Notes under the pieces: model-generated
Databases searched by the model: none
Told to the model about the DNA's origin: nothing
What the model saw: only the letters and a program-made list of their open reading frames with translations
Assembly: GCA_002104945.1 (NCBI GenBank)
Contig: MCFH01000029.1
Span: 434,001 to 498,000, forward strand
Direction of reading: 5' to 3'
Origin: Piromyces finnis finn
Lineage: Eukaryota > Fungi > Neocallimastigomycota
Length of the DNA: 64,000 nucleotides
Program-made: the position numbers and the translations under genes
In this document: piece after piece, positions 26,898 through 39,375 of the stretch
Position numbering within the stretch: position 1 is the stretch's first letter
Layout of the letters: each line of letters begins with the position of its first letter

Positions 26898-27771
26898 TTA
26901 TTTTTCAAAAATAAAAAAAAAAAAAAAATATTTGTGTGTATATATATATATATATTATAGTAATAAATACCCCAAAAATTTCTTCATTACAATAACCACA
27001 ACGATTTTTTCCAAGATCGCATTCACTTTCAAAACAAACTTCACAATAAATATCATCTCCTAATTCAAGAATTTTACTTTGATCTAGTACTTTACCACAT
27101 TTTCTACATTGAACATGATCAACATGATAAAAGTTTTGACCTATCATAATCTTTTCATCACAAACTTTAATAACTTCATTACAATAATGACATTCTAATT
27201 CCAAATCTTTAACTTGCATCATTAATTCTTCTTGTGGAGAAGTTGGAACTTCAATATCTATATTATCACTAGCTGGAATAAGAATTGGATCCATACGATA
27301 AAGTTCTAATCTTCTAGCCTTTCTTACTTTTTTTGATTCTCCAAATGGATTTTGGGAATCTTGGTTATTGGATTGATTTGGATTTGGACGATCAAATGGA
27401 TTTTGATTACAAGTTTTATCTATATCATCTTCAAGTAATAACTTTTCTAATTTATTTCTAGCATCATTGTAATCATCTTTTAAATAAAAAAAATTTTTTT
27501 TTATTATCAAGAATATATATATGTATATATAAATTTAGTATTCATAACAGTTTTTTTTGATATATTCACGTTTTATAATATTTTGGTAATATTATATATA
27601 ATATAAAAAATTCACAAAGTTAAAATATATTGTTTATATTATTATTGTGTTTATTTATTGTGTTCGAAATTAAATGATATTAATATACATTTGGAAATTA
27701 AAAAAAAAAAAATATATTTTATTAATAATTGTTGATAATTATTTAATTAAAATAATACCTTTTGTTTCCAT
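25997..27771 (-). CDS. Paxillin-like protein with four C-terminal LIM domains (5 exons; further 5' exons up to ~28750 cannot be excluded)
   Basis: Exons 27771-27759, 27476-26971, ~26785-26752, ~26593-26390, ~26286-25997 splice in frame. Four LIMs (CHYC..HVDHVQCRKC..CEVC; CGYC..WHPNHFFCSYC..CEEDY; CQGC..WHTKCFKCHVC..CEFHY; CAHC..WHPNHFFCDFC..CKECYIRLYG*). The C-terminal CxxCYxxL(Y/F)G ending is paxillin-like. Confidence 0.87.
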
Positions 27772-27987
27772 TTTGTATATCTTCTTTTAATTATAAATAA
27801 TAAATGTTTTTTATTATTATTATTATAATTTTTATTTTTTTTTTTCTTTCAAATAATTAATATAAAAATGCACTATAATTTTATAAATTTATCAGGTTTA
27901 AAAACTTAATAAAGAAAATAAAGGAAAAAAAATGAAAAAAATAACCTTGCTCTACATTTTCTATAAAACATCTGTCGAAAACATATA

Positions 27988-28023
<36 letters not shown>

Positions 28024-29289
28024 TAAAATTCATTTTTTTACCTTTTGATTTCTAAATTTACAACTTATTAAAGTTTAAAAATGATGATGGGAAAATTTGA
28101 TATAATTTTATTTACTATTAAAATTTAATTTTCAATAAAGTTTAATTTATAATGAAAATTATTAATTATCCATCTATTTTTTTTTTTTTTTTTTATTAGT
28201 AAACAATAATGTGTATATATTTATATTTTATAAATTAATATAAATAAGATATTATTAATATTATAATTTATTATATAATATGCTTTATAAGAGTATTATA
28301 AAAGCAATATATAATATAAATAACTAAGAATTTTTTTTTTTATTATTAATGAAAGTAGTTAAATCTTTAAAAACTGAACAAAAATAAATAAAAATAAAAA
28401 TGGATAATACATTCTAATTAAAAAAAAAAAAAATAAATAAATAAATAATCGTAAAATGTATTCTGGTAATATGGTAATCCTAATTAGAAAAAAAAAAAAA
28501 AGGTATTGATATAATATTTTTATGAAATTTATTAGAGATAAGATTATAATCAATATTGATTATGATTAATTATATTGTTATCATTATTAATCAATAACAT
28601 AAATCATTATTTTGATAAAAAGGTTCTTCCTCAAGAATAAAGATACCATCTAAATACTTGATTTAGTTTGATATAATGTTTTTATTATTATTATTATTTT
28701 ATTTCCTTGAATTTCTATTGTCAAAACTTAAGGTGACTGAACACTTTCTTTCTAACACTAAAACAATTAAAACTACTACTATTTACTAAATGAACAAAGA
28801 ATTATTATATATACTAAAAGAATTACATTTTAATAAAGCAACAAAAAAATAAAATAAAAAAAAGAGAGAATAAGAAATAAAAGCAAATTTAATTTTATAT
28901 TTTCATTGTATTTATTAAATTTATTTTTACTACTTTTTTTTTTTTTAAAATTATTTTTATTCTTAATCTAATTATTATTAAATAATAATCGTAGTAATAA
29001 TGGTTAAAATAATAGTATATTATATTATGAGATTTAATAAGAAAATGATATTTGTTTTTAATAGTAGTATATAATATATATATTTTTAGTTTTTGAAAAA
29101 AATAAAATAAAATGATACATACATAATATTTCTAAATTATCTTTGTATTTAGTTTAATATATTTTTGCTTTTTTTTTTTTTTTTTATTTATTTATTTATT
29201 TTTATTTATTTATTTATTTATTTATTTATATAGGCTAATTATTTTATTTCATTTTATTTCATTTTATATTAATTGAAAATTTACCACTT

Positions 29290-31117
29290 TTAACCCAATA
29301 ACTCAAGTAAATCACGAACAAATACTGCAATTTCATATGACGCTGAAGCTAAACTAGATTTTAAAGATTTAATTTCTTGTTCGCCCATATTTGGTATAGA
29401 AGCACCCATTTCCTTTAAGTGGTAATTACTAAATTAAATTTAAAAATAAAAATATTTAAGCATTCATTAATATTTATTTTAAAATATATTTTTTATATAT
29501 AAAAAATATATATCATCAAATTATATTATTTAATCCCTACCCTCTCTTTAAATCTTGAAGAATTAATTCTATTTAATTAAATGAATAATAATTTATTATT
29601 TAACATATTGGATTTAGGAAACATTTAAATTTTTTAAAAATTAGTATTGTTGTAATTATTTTTAAAAAATTGACATCTTTCTAAATTTTTTTTTTTTTAA
29701 TTTACCTCCATTTTCATATAAATGAATACCAGCTTGGCTTGAGAATGTATTTTGTGAAGCACCAATGACATTGTCAACAATGTCAGTAATATAAGCAATG
29801 GAAGAACTAAATTCTCCATTAGAAGCATTTGGTTGTTGAATCTTTTGTAAAAGAGATTGAATTCCTTGAACAATTAAATCAGTCTTTTCTTCCAAGAAAG
29901 CCTACAGAATAATCATTATAATTATTGAATATTTATTAATACAATATTACTATAGTAATTTTAATATATTAGTTTTAATTTTTTTTTTTTTTACCTTTAG
30001 TTCATGAACATTATAAACTTGTTCATTATTTGGAGTATATTCACCCATATTCATTGTTTCTATAATAAAATCAATAATAGATATATATAAATTATCACAT
30101 TATTATTTGTATAAAATATTTTATTATAGACATTAATATAAAGCATATATTTATATTTACTTGGATTAATTGGTGGTAATTGTTGTTGAAGTGGTGTTAA
30201 TTGTTGATTTGATGATTTATTACTTTGAATACCTAATATTCTATTTTGATGTTCCTTTAAAGTACGAACTAATGAAACAATTGTAACTGAAAGATCAGAT
30301 GTAGCACTTTCAATGAAGGATGGGGAAACATCTGGATAACGAGTAGCATGATTCTTAGTTGCATTCATTAAATGAGTAAGAGCAACAGAGAGTCTTTCCT
30401 TAATTTCAATAATCTTTTCTTGTTCCTCAAAAGTAAATTTGTTTTCATTTAATCTTTCATATTCATCAGATTCTTCTGTAATATTCTTACATGTAATAAC
30501 AATTGATTTCATAGCAACTAAAACATCGGCTGGATTATCACTCCTTCATTAAGGAAATAATAATCGCAAATAATTTATTATTTTGAAGATGATGATGAAT
30601 AAAGAAGTTGCATTTATATTTTAAATAATACTAAAAAAAATATTATATATAAATAGTACATTAAAATTTATAATTTAAAAAACTTACTTTGAGGCACTGA
30701 GTAATTCATTAACAGCTTCTTTGTAATTATTAAATCTTTCTGGATTAATACAATCCCTAATAGAAGGACTATTCTGGATTTCTTCATCTTCTTGAATTGG
30801 CTTGGTTGGAGTTGAACTTGAAACTGGAGCTGGTTTGATTTCATCTTCCTTCTTTTGTGGCTCTTCTGGTTCTTTCTTTGGTGTTTCTGGTTTGACTTCT
30901 TTTTCATTTACTTCAGTCTTTACTGGAGTTGGTACTTCAATTATCTTTTCAATTATTTCTGGTTTCTTTTCTTTTTCTTTCTTTAATTCTTCCTTTAACT
31001 TTTCAATTTCTTCTTTTAAATTTTTGTTTTCATTTTCTAATTTTTCATTTTTCTTGGTTAATTCATTAATTTTTTCAATTTGACTATCATTTTCTTGACG
31101 TAATTCTTCAGTAATCT

Positions 31118-31150
<33 letters not shown>

Positions 31151-32852
31151 AAAAGATTATATATAAGTAATCATTTCCTTGTTTTTTTTTTTTTTTTACA
31201 GTAATAATAATAATAATATCTCAATATATTTACTTTTTCATTAACTTCTGTTTGACTACGGAAAGTTTTAATATCATTTTGTAATTGAGTGTAATTCTTA
31301 TATAACTTGGAATATTCTGTAGCATTTTCTTCATTAATCTATATTTATTTATTTAATATTTAGTAAATTAAGTACATATGAATTTTTGCTTATTTTAAGA
31401 GTTCTTACCTTAACACGGTTGGTTAAGGTTTCTTGTACACTTTCTAATTCAGCTTCTAATCTACTCTTTTCAGTCTATATCAATAATAATTTTAAGTTGT
31501 ATAATATATATTTAATACTATATGTTATTATCATCCTTCATATTATGATAAAATTGGTGAATTAAATTATTAAAACCTACAGAATATTTTTCGTTTAAAG
31601 TATCTAATTTTGTTTTTAAATTAAGATTAGCTTTTCTTAATTCAGCAACTTCAATATCGACAGCTTCTTTATCCTAATGACATATTGTTTAAACAATAAG
31701 TTATTAATTAATTTTTTCATGTTAAAAAAAGTAAATAGTACTTCAAAAATATTTACTTCAGCAGTATTTTGACCTTCATTTTCATTTTTGTAATTTAATT
31801 CTTTAGCTAAATTAGCCATAACATCATCTAATGGAGCAAAATTAATTTTTTGATTTGGGGTTTGTTGTTGTTGTTGTTGTTGCTGTTGTTCAGGCATTAA
31901 ACGTTGATTTTGTATATATGGACTTTGACCTTGTTTTAAATTATCATTGTTATTATCCATAGCTTTTTTAATAAATAGATATTTGTTTTATTACAAAATG
32001 CATAAATATAATTAATATCTTTTATAACAGTAACAATAAAAACATAAACTACTTACTATTATTAACTGGAGACATATGATTATTAAATTCACTTTGATTT
32101 TCCTATTAACAAATAAATTAATGAATTATAAGTTTGTTTATTTCTATTTCTTACTAATCATTATATTTTTATACATTCTATAGTTATAATAACTAACATT
32201 TTCAATCTCCGTAATAATGTTTGGGAAACGTCTTTGAATTTCATTATAAATATCTTGAGATAAATCCTTTAAATTTATAATAATAAAAATTACATTAAAT
32301 TTTAATATTTAAAAAAAATGCAATATATAATTTTAGAGCTATTTGTTAATTACTCTAAATCTTGGTTGAGAAAGTGCAGCTAATTTTGCACGAGCTTCAT
32401 TTCTTTTAGGTTGAAATTCTGATTGACTCTGTAAACATTCAGATTCTTTAGTTTAAAAATATACATATAATATATATATGGTTTAATTTAACATAATGAT
32501 TAATGAAATATTTATATGGATATAATTAAATTTTATTTTTTATTTTTTTTTACCTCTAGAATTATAAGTTCTTCTAATCAATTCATCATAAACATCAGTT
32601 GATAATTCTTGGAATTGTTGATTTGTTAATTTAATAAGCTTTTCCTTGGCACCTCTTTGTCTCTTAGAGTCTTTTTATTTTAATATTTATCATTATGTAC
32701 ATATTTATAAATGAATAATTATTAAAAACATTTATCAAATTATATTAATTGAATTAATTTGATTGTTTACCGTTTTCTTGACTTTCTAAGAATTTTCTAA
32801 AAGCAAGATAGTGAGTTTTAATAATGGCTGGTGAATAAAAATCGTTGGACAT
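29290..32852 (-). CDS. SPA2: Spa2/GIT-like polarity scaffold: two Spa2-homology (SHD) repeats, coiled coil, two helical-bundle domains including a GIT1_C-like C-terminus (many exons)
   Basis: ATG at 32852. SHD1 AKEKLIKLTNQQFQELSTDVYDELIRR; SHD2 KRNEARAKLAALSQPRFRDLSQDIYNEIQRRFP. C-terminus LIVQGIQSLLQKIQ...LASASYEIAVFVRDLLELLG* resembles GIT1_C (ITKKIQELL...AYDIAKAAKQL). Junctions checked through the N-terminal half and the last exons are GT-AG and in frame. Confidence 0.85.
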
Positions 32853-34936
32853 TTTAAAACTTTACTTTGATATATTAAAATATGAAATATTCTTGTTTAA
32901 TTTATAATAATAAATTTTTCTAATTTCTTTCTATTATATATTTTATTTTTAAATGATTGCCAAAGAAATGATATTTATAATTGGCTCTTATTATTAATAT
33001 TTGATTTTTAAATTTATAATATTCTTTTCTTATAATAGTATGTTATTTTAATGTTTTATTTTTATATGTTTTTATTATTTATAATATTATTTTTATTTAC
33101 TTTCTTTTAATCTTTATATTTTTTATTTTTATTTTTTTGTGTGTGTTTATATTTTTATTTTATTGATTATTGTTTTTTATTCTTATTTTTTATATATATT
33201 TTTATTGTGTTTGTTATTTTTGTTATTTATTCCTTTCAAAATATACTGTATATTTTTTTAAAATGCATATATAAATATATAAATTGATATATTAGTTTCT
33301 CTTGTTTTAAATCTTATTTATTAATATAGCAAATATATAATATATAATATATACCAGCTAATAAACTTATTGAGTATTTAATAAAATGAATAAGTCTAAG
33401 CTTGATTAACAAAATGTTTGTATAATATATTTATAAAAATTATTAATTAAATCTTCAGGAAAATAGGTATAAATGGTAATAAAAAAACATTTTAAAATAA
33501 TAATATAATAATTTAGTATAGAAAATTTATAAAAAATAAAAAAGGCATTAGTATATATAAAAAATAATACAAAAATATATTAAATATTATATTTTTAATC
33601 CTATAATTTCGAGGAAATAACAATAATAAATTATGTATTTATATTTACCATAACTATTATATAGTTTGAAATAAAGAGATAATCTTTCTAATATATGATT
33701 TATTATTAGTTATTAAATAGTGTTATTTATATATTATTATTTGATAAACAATAAATTGACCAAAATAATAACAATATAAATACAACCGATTGATAAATGG
33801 TATTTATATTATAAAGAAAAATAAATAAAAAAAATATGTTTTTTTTTTATAAATATAAAATTACATTTACTTTTTTTTATTTTTTAGAAAAAGAATAATA
33901 TAATTAAAAAAATAAATCGACTTAAATTTTATATATGAACAGTTTATTGAAATAAATAAGGTAAATATATTATATTTACAAATATTAGTATTGTATTATA
34001 CATATGATTAATATTTAATTATATCATAATAAAATATAAATAGATTACAAATATAATTTGAATAATATTGTAATTTATTATACTTATTTTATTCAATTCA
34101 AATAATTTGCTAAAAAATTAAAATTTTGAATTTTTGAAATTTAAAATTATTATTTATATATATATTATATATTATAAATATATTATGTTATATTAAATAA
34201 ATTAAAAAATTGGAGTTTTTAATACACATTTTTATAATGAATAAATACCACAAAATGATGGTAAAATGACATTGACGCTAACAAGAAAAAAAAAGGTATC
34301 TTTGTTAAATAAAAAAAAAAAAAAGAGAAGAGAAATAAACTTAATTTTAAAATCTATAAACTCTGAAATTATTCTAATTCATATAATAAATTAAATAAAA
34401 TATTGTTTAACATGAAAGAAAAGCTTTTTTAAATATATTTTGCATAGAATATTCATTTGTATAGTTTTATAAATCATCTTAACCTCAATAAAAAATTATG
34501 AGTAATTAGGAAAATGCATTAAAATGTTAATGATGAAATAATCATATATATTATTATATATATAAAGAAAAGCATTTCTATACGAATTAAAAGTTATTTA
34601 GAATAATTATCATTTTTAAAGTCTAATGTTTCTTGTTGCCTTAAACTGGGTTTCCTAATGAAATTTTAATTATAAAAAAACTAATAATATTAAGGTTTAA
34701 TAAATAATTATTGATTAAGTTTTTTCGAAGAAATTATTGGTGAAATTATAATAATTAGTTTTTTAGGATAAAAAAAAAAATAAAGAACATGAGTTTAAAA
34801 AAAAAAAAGGTCTTTAATACTAATAATTATAAAATAATAATTTTTTTATATTTTCTATATTAATATTACAATTAGAATTCTCCTTTGTTAAAGGATTTTC
34901 TTTTTTTCAAATTTTCCTCTTTAATTTAATTTCTGT

Positions 34937-34937
<1 letters not shown>

Positions 34938-34988
<51 letters not shown>

Positions 34989-34990
34989 TT
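34938..34990. repeat. (TTTA)n microsatellite in a long gene-free interval
   Basis: Perfect tetranucleotide run. Confidence 0.9.
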
Positions 34991-37629
34991 GATATCTAGT
35001 TATAGTTCTTTATTAATGCCTAAAACAAACTGGAAACTCTGCACTTAATCATTAAATTTTAATAACCCTTTAATTTTTTTCTCCAGAATTGGAAAGTTTT
35101 ATTTTTTTTTTTTTTTTTGTAAGAAGGTATATATCAATAAATTTATGAATAATAATTACTAGTTATAGATGTAGTGTAAAATTGGAATTTTGATTATAAA
35201 AATAAGATTAATAATAATATTATTATTACCAAGATATATAGTTTTTAATTTATACAATGAAATATCTAAATTATACAAAAACAGTATTAAAAATATAATA
35301 AGTACATAGTTAAGATTAATAAAGCAATTTTAAATAAATAAAGGTTAAATTTATATATATATTTCATATAAAAATTTTTTTAATATTAAAATTTATCACT
35401 AAAATATAATTTATGAAAATTGATGTAAAATTCAATTGTAAAAAAATTGAATTTTTTTACAAAATCTAAAAAAGCATTTTAAAATAATATATTTTATTAA
35501 TGTTGATATTCAGTTCATATTTTTACTAATTATCAAACATTTAATTAATATATTATGCTATAAAAATGAATTATAAATTATGACAGTAAATTGTTTTTTT
35601 CTTAAATATAGTATTAATTTAATAGGATAAATGTTATTATTCATATTAACTTATAACTAATGTATATTATATTATATAAAAAACTCATAATTTACAAAAA
35701 AATATTTTTTGATTTAATTTTTAATTTTTTTACAATTTCTTTTTTCAACCTTTTGCTAACTTGAAATTTCATAAAACTGAATACTTTTAAATTTAAAATT
35801 TTAAAATTTAAAATTATGTAAGCAATCAATAAATTAATGTTTATATCACATGACTATCATTATATATATTTTTTAGATTATGATAATTCAACTGTATAGA
35901 AAAATAAAAACAACAAAACACAATATAGAATTAGTTTTTATTAATAACTTTGAGAAATTTTTGATTTTAATATTAAAAGAAGCATTATTTCAAGCATTTA
36001 TAATGGTATTTTTACTGAAAAGAAATGTTTTTTTTTGTTTTATTTTTATTCCTATTCATACATTAGTAATATCGAATATAACCAGTAATAATTTTATAAT
36101 TAAATGTTCTGAAAGGCAATTATAATATTCTTATATTCAATAATATCAATAATTATTTATATATTTTTATTTCATCTTTCCAATTTTAAATTAACTTTAT
36201 TGTACACATCATTTCATTAATTTTACCTTTTACAAAAAATCTTAACCCAAAAGACATTTTAAATAATAAGATTTTAACCATCATTTTATATTAAATTTTG
36301 ACCTCAGCAATGAGTAACCATAAATATAATAATTTTATTTTTATTAAATAATTTAATCTAATATAATTGTAATTTAATATTGTCATCATCATTATTTATA
36401 TTATTTATATTATTCATGAATGTTATCTTTCCCAATAATGTTTATTATATATTAATTTTATATTAACTATTTTTGTATATGTTAAGGGAAAATAATTGCA
36501 TAACCTAAAAATATATAATTGTAGGAGGTAAAATTGCTATCAAAACTAAAGAAATAATAATATAAAATTTAATATTTAATTATAGAAATATTATATAATT
36601 TAATAATATGCAATTAATATTTTTTTTATTTATTTATTAATTTTCTTTTTGTTCCTACGTATAAAAATTAATTAGGTATATAAAATAACGGTAATGTTAT
36701 TGACTCATCAATATATTTATTTATTTATTTATTGAATAATAATTTTAAAGGAACAATGGATCATATTAAATAAAAAAAAAAAAGAATTATTTTATGTATA
36801 AGAACATAATTTTTATTTATTATTACTATATAAAATAAATGATTCTTTTTTTAGTTGTAATAAACATTTCAATTGGGATATCATATAACTGTAATATATT
36901 TAATAAACTTTTTTTTTAGTTATGAGAAATCTTAAACCTACAAATAAAAAAGAAAAAGTTTAAAAAATCAATTTTTCATATAAAGTTTTTTTTTTTTAGC
37001 AACTTAACTTTTTTTTTTTTTAAATAAATTAATATTAAAAATAATAAATATTTAATAAATAAATAATCCTATCTTTTCAAATCATGGAATATTAACTTTA
37101 TTTATTAATAAAAGTAAAGTGGAAAAAAAAATAAATATTTAATTTTCTTTATTTTTTTTTTTTCAAAACTATTGTGTGCGAACATTTAAAATTTATTATA
37201 AAATTAAATTTTGGAATAGACCAATAAAATGACGTGTTATAAAAAAGATTTACATGTTACTCATATATTATTTAAATACTATTTAATTTAAGTTTATATG
37301 GAAAATAACATAATAATAAAAATTATCATTTATTAAATTAAATAGTATTTAACATTATTATTACAAAGTTTATATATAATTTAATATATTGAAAATTAAT
37401 TTTGAATTTTAAATGATATAAAAAAATATTAATACAAAAAATATATAAATACCATTTTTATTGTACCAATTTTTTTTTTTAAGTTAATAAATATTAATAA
37501 TTATCTTTATAAAAAAATATATTTATATTATAGAATTGTACAGTTAACTTAATTATAAAGATATAAATTATTATTTGTTATTTGTATAGATTAATATCCA
37601 AATTTTGAAAATATAAATATATATCAAAA

Positions 37630-39375
37630 ATGAAAACAGCTTTATTTGCTTATTTCTTTTTAATATCCCTTGCATGGATTAATGTTGCTTTTGGTGCTGG
37701 TGCCAATTCATTTAATGGTGTCACTATTGGAAAGTCATTAAAGCCACTTACCAATCACAACCCATTAATGACTTATAGATACGGTGCTGACCCAGGTGTT
37801 TTTGTATACGATGGTAGAGTTTATGTCTTCACTACAAATGATGGTGATGTTGACCTTACTAACAAAAATATTGCAGAAAACACTTATTCACACATTCAAA
37901 CCCTTAATCTTATTTCTTCTGCTGATTTAGTTAATTGGACCGACCACGGTTCTATTAGTGTTGCAGGTAATAATGGTGCTGCTAAATGGGCTCAATATTC
38001 ATGGGCTCCATGCGCTACCTACAAAAAGATTAATGGTAAAGATAAATTCTTCCTTTACTTCGCTAATAATGCTAATGGTATTGGTGTTTTAACTAGTGAT
38101 TCTCCAACTGGTCCATGGAAGGATCCAATTGGTAAGGCACTTATTACTCGTCAAACTCCAAACTGTAATGTCGAATGGTTATTCGATCCAGCTGTATTTG
38201 TTGATGATGATGGTAAAGGTTATCTTTACTTTGGTGGTGGTGTTCCAACTGGTCAAGATGCTAATCCAAAGACTATTCGTGTCGTTCAATTAGGAGATGA
38301 TATGACTAGTATTGTTGGTACCCCACAATTAATTGATGCTCCATACGTTTTCGAAGATTCTGGTATTAATAAGATCGGTAACACTTATATTTATTCTTAC
38401 TGTACTAATTGGGCTAATGGTCCATATGGTAGTGCTAATATTGCATACATGACAAGTAGCAGTCCAATGGGTCCATTCAAAATGCAAAAATCATGTTTCA
38501 AGAATCCAGGTGAATACTTTGGTAACTATGGTAACAACCATCACACTATGATTGAATTCAAGGGTAAAAACTACATTTTCTACCACACTGAATGGCTTAA
38601 TAAGGAAGTTTTCGGTACTCAAAAGGGTTATCGTACTTCTCATGTTGATGAAATGCCAGTTGTAAATGGTGGTTATGGTATGGCTAAGGGTACTCTTACT
38701 GGTGTTCAACAATTAGAAGATGTTGATGGTACTAGTCTTAATTTAGCTGCTTCATTTGCTTGGCAAAGTGGTATCAAGATTAAGGGACAAGGTGCAGTTA
38801 CTACCGTTGAAATTCCACGTGGTGGATGGACTGGTGTATCTCACGTTGCTCTTGGTAATGCTAAATCTATTACTATTAAGGCTAGCTCCTCTTCTGGTGC
38901 CACCATTAAGGTTTGTACTGGTAATGAAAAGGGTGATGTCCTCGGTTATGTTGAAATTCCAGCAGGTGGTTCTTTACAAGAAGTTACTGCTGAAATTTCT
39001 AATGCTTCAGGTACTAAGGATCTCTTCTTTGTTGCTTCTAATTCTGTTTCTATGGAATCATGGCAATTAAAGGGTAATAACAACAGTAGCAGTGGTAACA
39101 GTGGTGCTGGTTGTTGGTCTACTGCTTTCGGTTACAGCTGTTGTAAGTCATGTGGTCCAGTTTACTTCACTGACGAAAGTGGTAACTGGGGTATTGAAAA
39201 TGGTGACTGGTGTGGTCTTTTAAGTTCATGTTCTCAAGGTGCCTCTCAACAATGTAAGGGTGCTCAAGGTTATCCATGCTGTTCTTACTCTTGTGAATCA
39301 TACATGACTGATAGTGATGGTGACTGGAGTGTTGAAAATAATGATTGGTGTTTAATCAACAAGAACATTTGCTAA
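37630..39375 (+). CDS. Secreted cellulosomal GH43 (XynD-like arabinoxylan arabinofuranohydrolase/xylosidase) + CBM6-like module + two fungal dockerin domains; intronless
   Basis: Signal peptide MKTALFAYFFLISLAWINVAFG. GH43 motifs YGADPGVFVYDGRVY, WAP, LFDPAVFVDDDGKGYLYFGG, FEDSGINK, GNNHH. CBM6-like GGWTGVSHVALG..GTKDLFFV. Dockerins CWSTAFGYSCC..YFTDESGNWGIENGDWCG and CKGAQGYPCC..YMTDSDGDWSVENNDWC. Confidence 0.95.
   Translation: MKTALFAYFFLISLAWINVAFGAGANSFNGVTIGKSLKPLTNHNPLMTYRYGADPGVFVYDGRVYVFTTNDGDVDLTNKNIAENTYSHIQTLNLISSADLVNWTDHGSISVAGNNGAAKWAQYSWAPCATYKKINGKDKFFLYFANNANGIGVLTSDSPTGPWKDPIGKALITRQTPNCNVEWLFDPAVFVDDDGKGYLYFGGGVPTGQDANPKTIRVVQLGDDMTSIVGTPQLIDAPYVFEDSGINKIGNTYIYSYCTNWANGPYGSANIAYMTSSSPMGPFKMQKSCFKNPGEYFGNYGNNHHTMIEFKGKNYIFYHTEWLNKEVFGTQKGYRTSHVDEMPVVNGGYGMAKGTLTGVQQLEDVDGTSLNLAASFAWQSGIKIKGQGAVTTVEIPRGGWTGVSHVALGNAKSITIKASSSSGATIKVCTGNEKGDVLGYVEIPAGGSLQEVTAEISNASGTKDLFFVASNSVSMESWQLKGNNNSSSGNSGAGCWSTAFGYSCCKSCGPVYFTDESGNWGIENGDWCGLLSSCSQGASQQCKGAQGYPCCSYSCESYMTDSDGDWSVENNDWCLINKNIC

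Noticed and set aside
35880-36125. 81-aa ORF in the 33-37.6 kb gap
   Set aside because: AT-rich, no coding bias, no motif and no splice partner found.
38096-39070. Overlapping ORFs within the GH43 gene
   Set aside because: Out-of-frame by-products of a relatively GC-rich, codon-biased CDS.
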